A stretch of DNA of 64,000 nucleotides, from positions 4,650,001 to 4,714,000 of the forward strand of contig OZ116707.1 in the NCBI GenBank assembly GCA_964199315.1, read 5' to 3'. Shown here in pieces: positions 40,251 to 50,827 of the stretch. A program made the translations under genes and the position numbers. Every line of letters starts with the position of its first letter. The first letter of the stretch is position 1. This DNA is from Orbicella franksi. Its lineage: Eukaryota. The notes under the pieces were generated by a model that searched no databases, was not told where the DNA came from, and saw nothing but the letters and a program-made list of their open reading frames with translations.

Positions 40251-42230
40251 TTGATGGAGACTTCAACATGCATACACCAACAAAACACCCAGGTTTTCTC
40301 AGCTCTACAAGCTGCCTATAGCTATCAACTTCCAGTGGCACCTGATCCAACCCCACAAGCCAGCTGCCCAGATACAGGCATTTCTCAAACATGGGCTGAA
40401 TGCAATCGCGCACTAGTGTTCAGTGGTCTTCGTGATATTTTGAACAACCCCCCTCGAGATGACGATGTCATTATCGCTGAGAATGATCAGAATACATTAC
40501 AACAGTCGCTACTGAATAAGTCTACAACACCATCAAGGCTTGGTACTTTCACCATGGAGAGAAATCTACAAAAGATCGTTGCAGAAAATAAGAAACTGGA
40601 GGCAGAGAATACATCCCTCAAAGCGGAATTGTCAGCCTTGAAAGGACAACTGGCAATCATGGCTCCAGGTGAGTAAATGTAGATTGTTAGTCATGGTACA
40701 AGATATTCCCTATATTTTTCTTAAGTTCACATTTTCAGCATAAAAATTCTAGCTGCTAGTAGCAGTATAATTCTCAAAGCAAATTGAGCTGCCAATTTCA
40801 CTGTGGTGATAATTTCTTACTTTCACTGGCCTACATGTTAAAGGAAAATCGTTATCTCATTATACTAGCCAAGACTCCAATCAAGAAAGTATAATATGTG
40901 GATGGAAAAGTAAATGAAAATATATTTGTTTTCATCAGCACCTTCAACTGAGGCGCTTGCTTATCTTCAATCCTTAATCTGGCATTACGTTGGCAATGGA
41001 TCAGTGTCAGATCAAGTGCAGCCAGTAACCAAGTACACTGTGAGAGCAAACTTAAGTCCAGTACAGGTATTTAAAATTTTCTATTTCACCTCAGCATTTT
41101 GCAAATTTTTTTCTTCACCAAACCCTGCAATCTTCTTAAGAGCAGCTCCGCCTAAACATCAACTAAACCAGGAAATAGCTAAAAATGAAATTTCTTCAAA
41201 CTCGCCTAGAATGAAGTTCTTAGGGCACTAGTTACAAAAATGTTGGTTTAAGTTTGTTAAATCAATTAGTTTTTTTAACAAATTTTTTCTTCCCGATGCC
41301 CAAAATCGATCAAAAGTAGACTGCATATTCAGAGACTTGTAACCTCAACAGTGGAGATTATCATTAAAAACTAATTGTACGTCGCATTTGTACTTTCTTC
41401 CTTATATATTTAGAGCTATTTAGATTGCAATTTGATTAGAAATCAAATATTTCACAAAATTTTGAAAGCTTATGATGAAAATGTTACTCTTGACTATGTT
41501 CTAAATTGGAGGACCATTTCTGAAATGAAACGATGACACTTTTGAAAGATAACTTTCCAATTTTTGAGTACTTATATTCATAACCCATGAACCGAAAATG
41601 TATATTCAATCTTATTTTCAAGTTTGGCTGTTTTCTGCTAATCTGCCATTCACAGATTATAACAGCATCATGCCAGTAGTAGAAAAACAATACAAAGTCA
41701 TGGGTGACAACATAGTTTGTTTGTCTGATTGCACATATCTTGCTTACCAATGTCGACCATCCTTTCTAACATAGCTTCTTTTAACCAAAAAATGGCATTG
41801 AAGGTTAAGTATTATTGCACCACGTAAATGCACTCGTCATCGCGGCCATCTCAGCCCTGTTCGAGGCGATGAACAATGTGTGTTCAAACCATAGCATTGC
41901 TGTTTTGGACTTGCAAAGAAGCTGTTGGACTGTCAGCTGTATGGATAATGTGTAAAATTTTGCTGGGATTGAGTAACAGCCAATAAAGGTACGCACAGTG
42001 TTCTAACGCTAAGTAGTCAGCTGGGATCATCTGGTGGAATTCACAACTCGCTGGTCTGCACATCTTGCTGATCTTGGCGAGCAGATTCGACTGCTTTGTA
42101 GGTACAAATCCTTTATGTTATTCAAACTTCATGTAATTCACCTCAAACAAACGTCCACAAGGGAATGAAAGCCCAAGGCGGACCCAAGCAAAAGGCCCGA
42201 ATCGAAAGCAACATGCATAATATATCAGGT
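40251..42230 (+). pseudogene. Spliced accessory gene of the EnSpm element, divergent from the transposase
   Basis: 141-aa first exon ending in a coiled-coil (LQKIVAENKKLEAENTSLKAELSALKGQL) at a GT donor; further exon-like frames at ~40930-41045 and ~41810-42230. Confidence 0.4.
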
Positions 42231-44924
42231 GAGTAGCCAGTGACAGACGTAAAGCAGTTGTGAGTGCACAGCATGTGAGGAATGTACATTCTTTCCATAT
42301 TTCGTTTTATCAGGTAACTTGCGAATGACGGATGTCACATTAAGCAGAACCTAGTTAACCCAACAAAGAACCTAACAAAAGCCTAACGTTTCTTACATAT
42401 TTTCATTTCAAATTCTGATAAATGTAAAACAATACCTACTTGAGAACGTAAATGTTACTGTAACAAAAGCATCACAAGAGCGTTAAAGCCAGCTTTTTTA
42501 ATGCTCTTGTAACGTTCATGTAGGGCTCATGTTACACTCAGATAGTTAGGTTCCTGTAAGGCTGCTGTTACGCTCCAAAATTAAGACCTAATTTTGGCTC
42601 CTGTCAGCCCTAAAGTTTTCGTGCAGGTAGTGTAAAATTTTCTGAGCACAAACGGATGTCATTTTGACTACTCTTTAGGACAATAAGGACATCAAGTTGG
42701 AATTACTTCATTGGAAGAGCTCATACATTCACAGGGAAATTTTGGGAGAAGAGGTAATTTACTCCTAGTAATAACTAAAGCTTACATGTTAAAACATTTA
42801 AATTACTAAGCCAATGAAAGTCAATTTTAAGACTGGAAGGGAGAGGATTCATAACTTTGTGCCTGTGTGCAAGCGGTCGGAATAACGAAAACCCTGTAAT
42901 CTGATGTGTTCTGGGAGAGGGAGGAATTTTCCAATCTTGCTGTCAAACCCTGACGCAATCAACATTAGATAAGTCGCCATGTGCCTGAGCATCAATTTTT
43001 TGCACTTTTGATATGTTAATGCGATCCGTGCTTCTTAAAGTTTAAAACATTACAGCTCTTTATATACTGTTTGCCTTTTACAAAAAAGTCATCCTCCCTC
43101 GACTTTGTCTAGCTTGCATTTGGCTCAGTCGACTGCAGTTGTTCGATTACATTACGCATAACCAAGCCGGGTGACTTCTTTTCATGTTGGGAAAAAGATT
43201 TAAAGGTCTCTCGCTGTCTTGAGTAGGTTTAACCATATTTGAAACTCGGAATACATTTGCCTGGCTGGCTGGTCCACTGGGCTAAACGTTAGTAAGTATG
43301 CAAAGTGACCATTGTCACTTTGTGTAATTTAGGCTCATCAGTGGTTATAACACCCTTAACTGACTAACCAACCACCTTCACAATGCCTGCTTATAGGAGA
43401 CAGCTATCAAAGAATATGAATCGGAGACCAGACAAGTCCAACAACAAAATGTAAGTTTCTTTGTAATTAACATGTGATTATGCTACCTCTTGGATAGTTC
43501 AATCTTTATTTAATACCAACTACATGCTGGCTTTAAGCCAATAACACGCACAGCTTCTGCTATCCTGGTGTGCCCAATTCAGTGTGATGTAACGGCTGTA
43601 CAATATTTCTTACCAACTCTGCCCGCAACTTTCCAGACTCAAGAAAGATTGGTCAAGGCGTCAGTAGAAAAGGAAGTTGCCCAAACCACAGCAAAAGTTG
43701 CAAGAAATGTTGAAGTAAAACTGTATCTTTTTGGTCGCTTCAGTTTCGAATAACATAACTTTAAATGTGTTTTATCAACTGACCCTGCCTGTGGAATTAC
43801 TTTATTTAGGTTGCAAATGGTGTTACACTGCTGATGGAGACCGAACTTTACAATGAATTGCCACATGAATTTGGAAAGGTGAAGTTAGGACTTAAGCAGT
43901 GTTTACATGACTATAGGAAACCACCAGAGTTTTTTCCCTGTAAAATTTCTGGCAGTTAGATGGAGCTGTAGCACTGGTAATGCAAGTTAAAGAATCTAGA
44001 AACTAAAAGAGTATTCAGCTGAAATTTGCATCTTCTCTGTCAAGAATAGAGCTTGTATCGCGATGTCGATGAGTACAAGAAAGCAGGGAGGGCCAGAAAT
44101 CATAGTAAAATACTCGAGCTACTGTAAAAGCACATAGGCTAGATCCAGGAAATCAAACAAGAAAGGTAATACTGACAATTACGTTATCGTTATCATTATC
44201 ATTTTGAGAGAAAGTGCCTGTTTTTTTCAGTAGAAATACTTAAGTTCAAAAATTCTGGATTTCCGATCCTCACTGAAACCCTCATATAATTCAACTGAGA
44301 AATCTGCTCCACCAACAGTCTAAATTAGTTCGCGTATTGTACTACAGAGGCCACCCGTTGCATTGATACAATACAAAGAATAGTATTTCATTTGTAAGTG
44401 ATTGTATACTGACTGAACACAGAACAAAACGACTGTCCCAATGCTCCTCCTCTGTGATTCCTTTCACGACGCAGTACATTTTATTGGCTCTTAAAGTAAG
44501 ACCCAGGTGATCGCTAATTCACATTGCGCCCTCTTACCCAGATCCTATTAGCGGACTCCTGCGTGCCAAAGGTGCACTAGTGGAGCCTCAATACTTAAGA
44601 AAATTTGGTAACCCAGTGATATAAAAAGTTCTGATTGTCACATGACTGTCCGTACGTATGTATGTCCGTCCGTGCGTCCAACCCCGTACCTTGAAAAATT
44701 AGAGAGTAGCACCATTACCATAGGCACCTCTTTGATATTGGACAGCCATGTTATGAGTAATTGACAGCTGACCAGTAGTTTCCTATCCAAGGAAAAAATC
44801 CTTCTTTTCCCTTATGGTCAATTATGTCCATAAGTAGCTCTGCTTTTATTTGTAGCTTGAAGCCATGTATGTATAATTGTCATGTCGCCTAAGATTCCGA
44901 AATTTTTAAACACGCAGAAATATA

Positions 44925-45711
44925 CAGTCAAACCTGTATATAACAATCACCCTTGGGAAGTGGCCAGGTGACCCTTATATACAGGGTGACAGCTGTACAC
45001 AGGTTTCCGTTAAACTCCCCTGGAAGTTAATAAATACCATTTTTATGTACAAATGATCACTCGATTTACATTTTGATGACAATAACGAGTAACAGTAACG
45101 CAATAAACATGATAAAAAAAGGCTCATAAAATGTCCGTGGTGTACTTTTAGGGAAGTGCAGTAAAAATCTACTGAAAGCTAATGAACAACGTTTTTAAGT
45201 GGAAAATCACTCAATTTACATCTATTGAAAACAATTTGAAACGGATAAGGTACAATGTAGTAATCAGGTAACTATGAAGAAAGTGAAAACAGTGTGGTTA
45301 CAGTTGTGTTGTTACAGTTACAGTAACTGTTTGAAAGTGACAGCACTTTAATGTTATATGCCGCAAGCATACACTGGACGTAGGCAATCACATGTATTAG
45401 TAATTGTACTAATATTTGTATTTTTGTGAGGTCCCTGCCGTGGTGGCTGCTATTTAACAAGCTGATGAATAAAGTTTGTCATTATTCAGTAATCATAACC
45501 CAATTTCGTGACGATTACATACAGGTAAAAGAATGTGAAATTGTGGATTCAGGAAGTCTAAAGGGTGACCGCATCTGTTATATATAGGTGACCGCTATGT
45601 GCAGGTCAACTTAACTGTAAATATAAGGGATGATTTTTTGGGAAGTTGTTCAGTGACTGTTATACACAGGGTGACTGCTATATAGAGGGCCGTTATATAC
45701 AGGTTTGACTC
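44925..45711. mobile_element. Tc1/mariner-pogo-type MITE in an intron
   Basis: TA|CAGTCAAACCTGTATATAAC ... GTTATATACAGGTTTGACTC|TA (19/20 TIR match, TA TSD); internal GGTGACCG..TATA repeats. Confidence 0.85.
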
Positions 45712-47194
45712 TATAGTTATATGTTCTTTTAGGCTCGATTACCAGTCATTGTTCAAGAGAGTAGCAGAAATTGAGCTAAATGTTCTTTTTGAATATAACA
45801 GGATGACAGCATTGAAGAATTAATAGCCAGCGTAAGTGGACTTAGTTCCAATGACAACATGCTTCAAAAGCCATGTCTACCAACGGTTAAAAGACCTAAA
45901 GAAAAATCCCACGGGTCACCCGCAAAGCAAAAGCCATTTGATGAAGAGTATGTTATCATTCTTGTAATATGTAATAGAGAGTTGACTGCATGCTCTGTTC
46001 TTCTGGTTCAGGTGAATGGTGTTCTGTTTTCATAAAAAATATGCACAAATGGACCTCGTCTCTCACCAAAGAAAAATACTAACTTTAGATTCTTCATTAC
46101 AAGTGTGCATGAAATTACACGTCTATTTTGTTGTTTGGGAGGCGTAGAGTAAATGGCTGCATATGTGTCAGTGGGGGTCATTGTGATAAAATATGAAAAT
46201 AGTTGTGGTAGTTTGTCAAAACTCCATGCTTTCGAGAGAATTTTCTTCCTGAAGTGTCAATGACCTTTTGTATTTATTGGTAGGAATAGCGACAATATGG
46301 ACATCAGCGTTTTGAGAAAGGGACGAAGACTATGCCAACCAAGACAAAACTGACAAACTTGAGCCAGTTGAGGTGAAGAAGGTTCCTCTGGCTCCTCAAG
46401 GTTCTACAAAGTATGAAGTGGAATACAATGATGCGGAGCCTTTGTCGGTGGTTCTAGACAACTGGAAGTTGGGTAGAGCACAACCATGCAAAAGAGGGGG
46501 GTTTTGTAAGGGTGGGAGAAGGACACTTCAATTCTGTCTTGTTTCCTTAGAATGTGCAAACAAGAAGTGCGCATATTTAAAAATTCAAAACTCTCCAAAC
46601 AGAGTGGATTTTAATCGATCTAAATGTTGCGTGCACGTCACTGTGAAGCCATTAAAAAGCATTGCTCAGCGAGAAAATATGTTGAAAACGACTGGTGCCA
46701 CAAAAAAATTACAGTACTTTTTTTAAAGGAACACAATTGTTCTCCAAAGCAAGAAGATAAGCCGTTTCAGGAGGAACTGGAAAACATTCTCTGTATAAAA
46801 CCTACAAAATCAGCAGGTCAACTACAGTTGGATGTTGTACCTGAGACCTTACTTAGTGGTAAAGGAGACTAGGTAAACAAGCATTAAAATAGAGCAACAA
46901 AAAACATCTTCAGTATATACAGAGTACCATCAACAAGAAAAAGAGACTTGGAGGATTGGAAATAGAAGCTGTTTGATTGCCTAACCCTTTCCTGCCCTAG
47001 GGTGTCATATGGCACTGCTCTGTACCACCCCCAAAAATCCCGAGCGTGCCACATGGAACGCTTTGAGTCACCGCCTTTGAACCAATAATAAAGGAGGTTC
47101 TAACTGGTTCTAATGTTCTATTGTAATTTGACCAATAAGAATAAAGATTAGACCAGCAATCAAAGCGACTTTCAGGGGTTATATTCCTGTGTAG

Positions 47195-47346
47195 ATTCGC
47201 CCCCCTCGGTTGCACCTGGCCCCCCCAAAATTCGCACCTCGCCCCCTCGGTCACATCCCGCCCCCCTTCCGGTTGCACCTTGCCCCCTTTGGTGAACCTC
47301 GCCCCCCTGAGGATCGCACCTTGCCCCCTTGGTCGCACCTCGCCCT
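47195..47346 (+). repeat. Array of ~7-8 degenerate GCACCT(C/T/G)GCCCC units
   Basis: Directly visible with ~20-23 bp periodicity; single copies also near 55912, 56077, 57163 and 57549, and inverted near 57718-57727. Confidence 0.8.
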
Positions 47347-47704
47347 CTTAAAGTGTTCCTGGCCCCCTTAGTCATTTGCATAAAATTTGCATACAGGATT
47401 ATTTGCTTTAGATTTGTCAGATTGTGGGCAAATTGCTTGAAACTTTCAGGAAATGTTCAGTGTGGGATGCTTCTTAAGATGTGATAGTTTTTTCCGTGAG
47501 AAAGGGTTTTAAATTTTTTGATTTTTCACACCCATTGTTTGACTTTTATTTTTGAACCATTTTTAAAGTGATTTTACTCGGACAATATTTAATGGATGTT
47601 AAACATTTTCTGGGTACCTGTTCTCTGATCAGTTGGCTATTAAACTATGTATTTGCTTTTCTTTCTAGTTAAAAAGGTTAGAAGATATCTGCCTTGAAAA
47701 ACTG

Positions 47705-47932
47705 TTTTGCGAATGGCCGCCATCTTGGATTTTTTCCCAAAGGGTTTGTATGGCCATTTTGGGCAAAATTTTAAGTGTCTAAAAGGCTTTCTTTAACTTA
47801 GTTTATAGCTAAAAGAACTATTTTTGCCATAAACTAAGTGAAAGAAAGTCTTTTAGAGACTTTCAAAATTTTGACCAAAATGCCTATGCAACCCCTTTGG
47901 ACAAAAATCCAAGATGGCAGCCATCCGCAAAC
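47705..47932. repeat. ~230-bp imperfect hairpin (MITE-like)
   Basis: TTTTGCGAATGGCCGCCATCTTGGATTTTT...AAAAATCCAAGATGGCAGCCATCCGCAAAC, with inner arms continuing (AAAATTTT..CTAAAAG..CTTAGTTTAT / ATAAACTAAG..CTTTTAG..AAAATTTT). Confidence 0.8.
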
Positions 47933-48199
47933 AAAATCTTTCAAAATGAAAAAAATATTTTTTTTATAAATTTAGCAAGTGGCAAAGAACAGAAACTCTT
48001 AAAAAAGAAAGGAAAAAAAGAAAAAATTCATATAGATGTTCCGAGCAACCCCGACACCATATGATGTTATGCCACAACTTTAGGTATAAACCAGTAAATT
48101 ACCGGAAGTTAACCGCTTAACAAAAACAATGTTTTTGATTTCAAATATAGACTTGTGAAATTTAGAAAGTAAACAGGCTACACTCCCCATGTCGTCTGG

Positions 48200-49155
48200 A
48201 CCTCATTGGTGAAAACCGCGCAGGAAACAGCCCATTGGGGAACTTTTTATGAATTTTTTTGTAGTGACCAGTTGTAAAGGAAAGTTCAGTGCATACTACA
48301 TGACGTCCCTGTTCTCAAGACCTTCGAACCGTGAGTACATGCTTTTTGAGCTCCGTTATTTTTGCTGTTTGGCACCCTTAGAACAATGGGCAGAAGCAAT
48401 CCAACTATCGGAAGAGGTGTCTAAGGTGCTCGGGCACCTTTCTTGAACATTTTCTTCCCATAAAAAAGGGTTGCCTCTGCGCAGGCTTTGGTCAAAGTTT
48501 AAGGGTGCAATCTTGACCAATATGTTGTTGAAGGACCTCGTTATTAGAACTGGAGGACCTTTTATTGATGTTTTGATGTTATATCATGCTTGATCATGTT
48601 GTAAGGAACCGTTTGGTGTTAATTTTGTGGAAATCGGTTCCTTTGTTGATTAGTTATGACGTCATTTGTGTCGAAATTTTACACCTTAATAACTTTACGA
48701 GGTTTTAACCATTTGGCCAGCAAATTGTAGCGTCGGATAGGCCTTGACATAGGCTACGTGCATGCCAAATTTTGTAGCAAATGATAAAATCCTCGCAAAG
48801 TTATGAGCGGTTAAAGTTTTATACAAAATGGCGGCCACAAGTTTGCTGGTACCATGCCCTCAGCGGTTTTAACGCGAAAACGAGGGGAAACTTTAACTGC
48901 TAATAACTCAAAGAGGATTGAACCGTTTGACTTGCAATTTGAAGCAAAGATAGAATGCAACAAGGGTTATCTGTTGTGTGGGTGACGTGAGAGCCAGGCT
49001 TCACTCTAATGCCTGTAAGTATGCCAGACTTTTACTGCTTAGAACTTTAAGATAATATTGAGGCAGGCTTTCAAATATACAGACATTATACAATGCAAAG
49101 GTAGCTATCTGTATAGAATGTTGATTTCACCCCTAACTATAATTTCTGTAAGTAT
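48200..49155 (+). repeat. Left arm of a long diverged inverted repeat
   Basis: Colinear with the reverse complement of ~54890-55650 (e.g. TTTTTGAGCTCCGTTATTT, GGAACCGTTTGGTGTTAATTTT, AAACTTTAAC.GCTAATAACTC). Confidence 0.75.
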
Positions 49156-49245
49156 GGGCACTCGTTACTGGAGCTTGAGGTCCTCATTAGAGACTAAGGC
49201 AAGGTTTTTTTTCTTGAAACGTTTTTTGCAGCTGAGCCAGTCACC

Positions 49246-49788
49246 ATGAGCTGCCGTGCTAGATACACGCCAGCCGAGGACCACGCGCTCCAGGCCTTCG
49301 TTGAGGCCAACAAGTTCAACTACCCTGTGACCGGAAATAAATTGTGGCTCTTCGCACAGGCCCAAAGAGTAACTGATCATTCCTGGCAATCCATGAAGGC
49401 CAGGTATATGCTGTTGTCTGGGGCCTCTGTGAAGAAGGGCAAAAAGAAGCCCTCAACGAGACCCTCCCTGGGAAGCGGCGCTCAGGGTACAATTCCATTT
49501 CGGCCGTCGTTCACATCCACCTGCCCCACCTCCACCCACCCCACCTCCACCCTCACCACCTCCACCTGCACCACGTCCACCCGCCCCACCTCCACCCACT
49601 CCTCGATGTCGACCGTTCCACGACGAGTTACTGTGACGGACGCGACAACTCAGACAGACGGTACGGGGATGGTCAGCGTCGGAGTTGGCATCCACCTGTT
49701 CTGCCCTGTCACGCAGTACAGGCCGGTGGATGTCAGCACCCAAACAGGGCGTCTGCCATCCCAACACAGACGTTCACATTCATTTTAG
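49246..49788 (+). CDS. Rap1/TERF2IP-like Myb-domain protein, 180 aa, with T/S/P-rich tail
   Basis: RARYTPAEDHALQAFV...VTGNKLW...TDHSWQSMKARY parallels the Rap1 Myb motif (FT..DD..IL..V..VTGNALW..QHSWQSLKDRY); the other Rap1 domains (BRCT, RCT) are absent. Confidence 0.75.
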   Translation: MSCRARYTPAEDHALQAFVEANKFNYPVTGNKLWLFAQAQRVTDHSWQSMKARYMLLSGASVKKGKKKPSTRPSLGSGAQGTIPFRPSFTSTCPTSTHPTSTLTTSTCTTSTRPTSTHSSMSTVPRRVTVTDATTQTDGTGMVSVGVGIHLFCPVTQYRPVDVSTQTGRLPSQHRRSHSF

Positions 49789-49851
49789 ACATGCATGCAC
49801 CATGCATTACCATACGCATCATACGTACATCATACGCCCATACATTCTCTT

Positions 49852-50102
49852 TGTAAATAAATTTTGTAAATAGACGTTCATATTAGTGTATGTAAGAAAA
49901 ATAGCCAAAAAAAACAAAATACATAGACCAAAAAATCACATTATTGTAAATAGTTTCAATTCAACAAAGTTGAATTTTTGTAAATACCTTTGTAACTAGA
50001 ATTGTCAAATAGAAGATGTCAACTTAAGACTTATTTATTGTAAATGTCACTGTACAAAAAATTGTATATATTTTAACTTCTGTAAAAACAGCCTTGTAAA
50101 TA
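49852..50102 (+). promoter_or_regulatory. Cluster of six TGTA(A/T)ATA motifs (candidate Pumilio elements) 3' of the Myb ORF
   Basis: At 49852, 49865, 49945, 49979, 50063 and 50095, all in the sense orientation of the Myb gene. Confidence 0.55.
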
Positions 50103-50146
50103 CGTCATTGTTGCTTTAGACTTAGGCTCGGCGCTTTATGTCTCCC

Positions 50147-50197
50147 GTCAGGGATCAAACGCGAGTTGGAGTAGTCAATCTCCGAGGAGTGCCCCAC
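50147..50197 (+). repeat. 51-nt motif, copy 1 of an inverted pair
   Basis: 44/51 identical to the reverse complement of 50716-50766; all differences are transitions. Confidence 0.9.
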
Positions 50198-50241
50198 TGG
50201 AACATCTAGTGTCTTTACAGTCTAAGTTTTTAATTATTTTT

Positions 50242-50404
50242 GGGGTACAAGAGGGTGTTGATGCGCAACTTGTGGACAGGAAGTCCGTTAGGCTTTCTGG
50301 GCAGTTTGTAAGCCCCGGTCTGTCTAATCGCCTCTCACACCCAAAGCCAACTCCACCTCCTCGTGGTGCACCCTGGGTAGCCTGGCCTTGCGGCTAAGGT
50401 TAGC
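50242..50404 (+). ncRNA. HDV-like self-cleaving ribozyme (candidate 1)
   Basis: P1 GGGGUAC/GCACCCU (G.U first pair), structured J1/2, P3 ACC/GGU, L3 UCCUCGU, P1.1 CC/GG, J4/2 GCUAAG, P2 GCCAAC/GUUAGC; the core closely follows the HDV antigenomic ribozyme. Confidence 0.7.
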
Positions 50405-50532
50405 AGACGGAGCTCTGGCTGAAAGCTGGAGGGGTTAATCATCCCTTCAGTGGAAAATGGCCTGCAATTGAACACAGTGAGACAAAGAAGATGCAAGAAA
50501 ATGTGACAGTCATAACAGATGTGCACAAAGAT

Positions 50533-50637
50533 GTAGCCCCTTTAGTCTGGCCTCTCTCCTTCAGACCTGTACAGGTCTTTGGTTCATGAAGGCACACAAG
50601 CCTCTCAACCACGACAAGGTAGGACTACTGTGAGAGG
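50533..50637 (-). ncRNA. HDV-like self-cleaving ribozyme (candidate 2)
   Basis: P1 CCUCUCA/UGAGAGG, P2 GUAGUCCU/GGGGCUAC, P3 ACC/GGU, L3 UUGUCGU, long P4, J4/2 ACUAAA; the +1 C is atypical. Confidence 0.6.
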
Positions 50638-50715
50638 AAAAATGTAATGATGGTTTCCCAGTCCCCCCTTGCCGTATCAAACGGCAAGAGTACTACCCAG
50701 AGACTGAGCGTGTTT

Positions 50716-50766
50716 GTGGGGCACTCCCCAGGGGTTGGCTACCCCAGCTCGCGTTTGATCCCTGAC
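50716..50766 (-). repeat. 51-nt motif, copy 2 of the inverted pair
   Basis: Enclosed by further stems ACTGAGC/GCTCAGT and GTTTGT/ACAAAC. Confidence 0.9.
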
Positions 50767-50827
50767 AAACTGCTCAGTCCCCAGAGGGTATCATCGGGTC
50801 ACCAGCCAGACTCATTGTCGCCAGGAC

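Larger units (their letters stand above)
30731..42627 (-). mobile_element. CACTA/EnSpm DNA transposon inserted in an intron
   Basis: Imperfect TIRs CCCGTACGAAATTATTAGGCCTAATAGAGCCAAAATCAGG vs reverse complement CCTGCACGAAAACTTTAGGGCTGACAGGAGCCAAAATTAGG; TA on both sides; subterminal TTAGG/CCTAAC repeats. Removing it restores an 81-nt GT-AG intron (30699..42678). Confidence 0.75.

Noticed and set aside
44580-44800. Interspersed repeat with (GTCC/GTAT)n core
   Set aside because: Probably a SINE/MITE fragment, but no termini, TSD or Pol III boxes could be established.
46997-47381. Gly/Arg-rich ORFs (-)
   Set aside because: By-product of the GC-rich subterminal motif array.
50147-50197. 51-nt motif as a hammerhead ribozyme or tRNA-derived SINE head
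   Set aside because: No CUGANGA/GAAA core in a valid arrangement; GTTTGATCCC only loosely resembles a B-box, and there is no A-box or cloverleaf.
50252-50258. AGGGUGU as the P1 5' strand of ribozyme 1
   Set aside because: It pairs better with ACACCC (50337-50342) to close J1/2; GGGGUAC gives the canonical G.U and follows the U5 tract like the second ribozyme.
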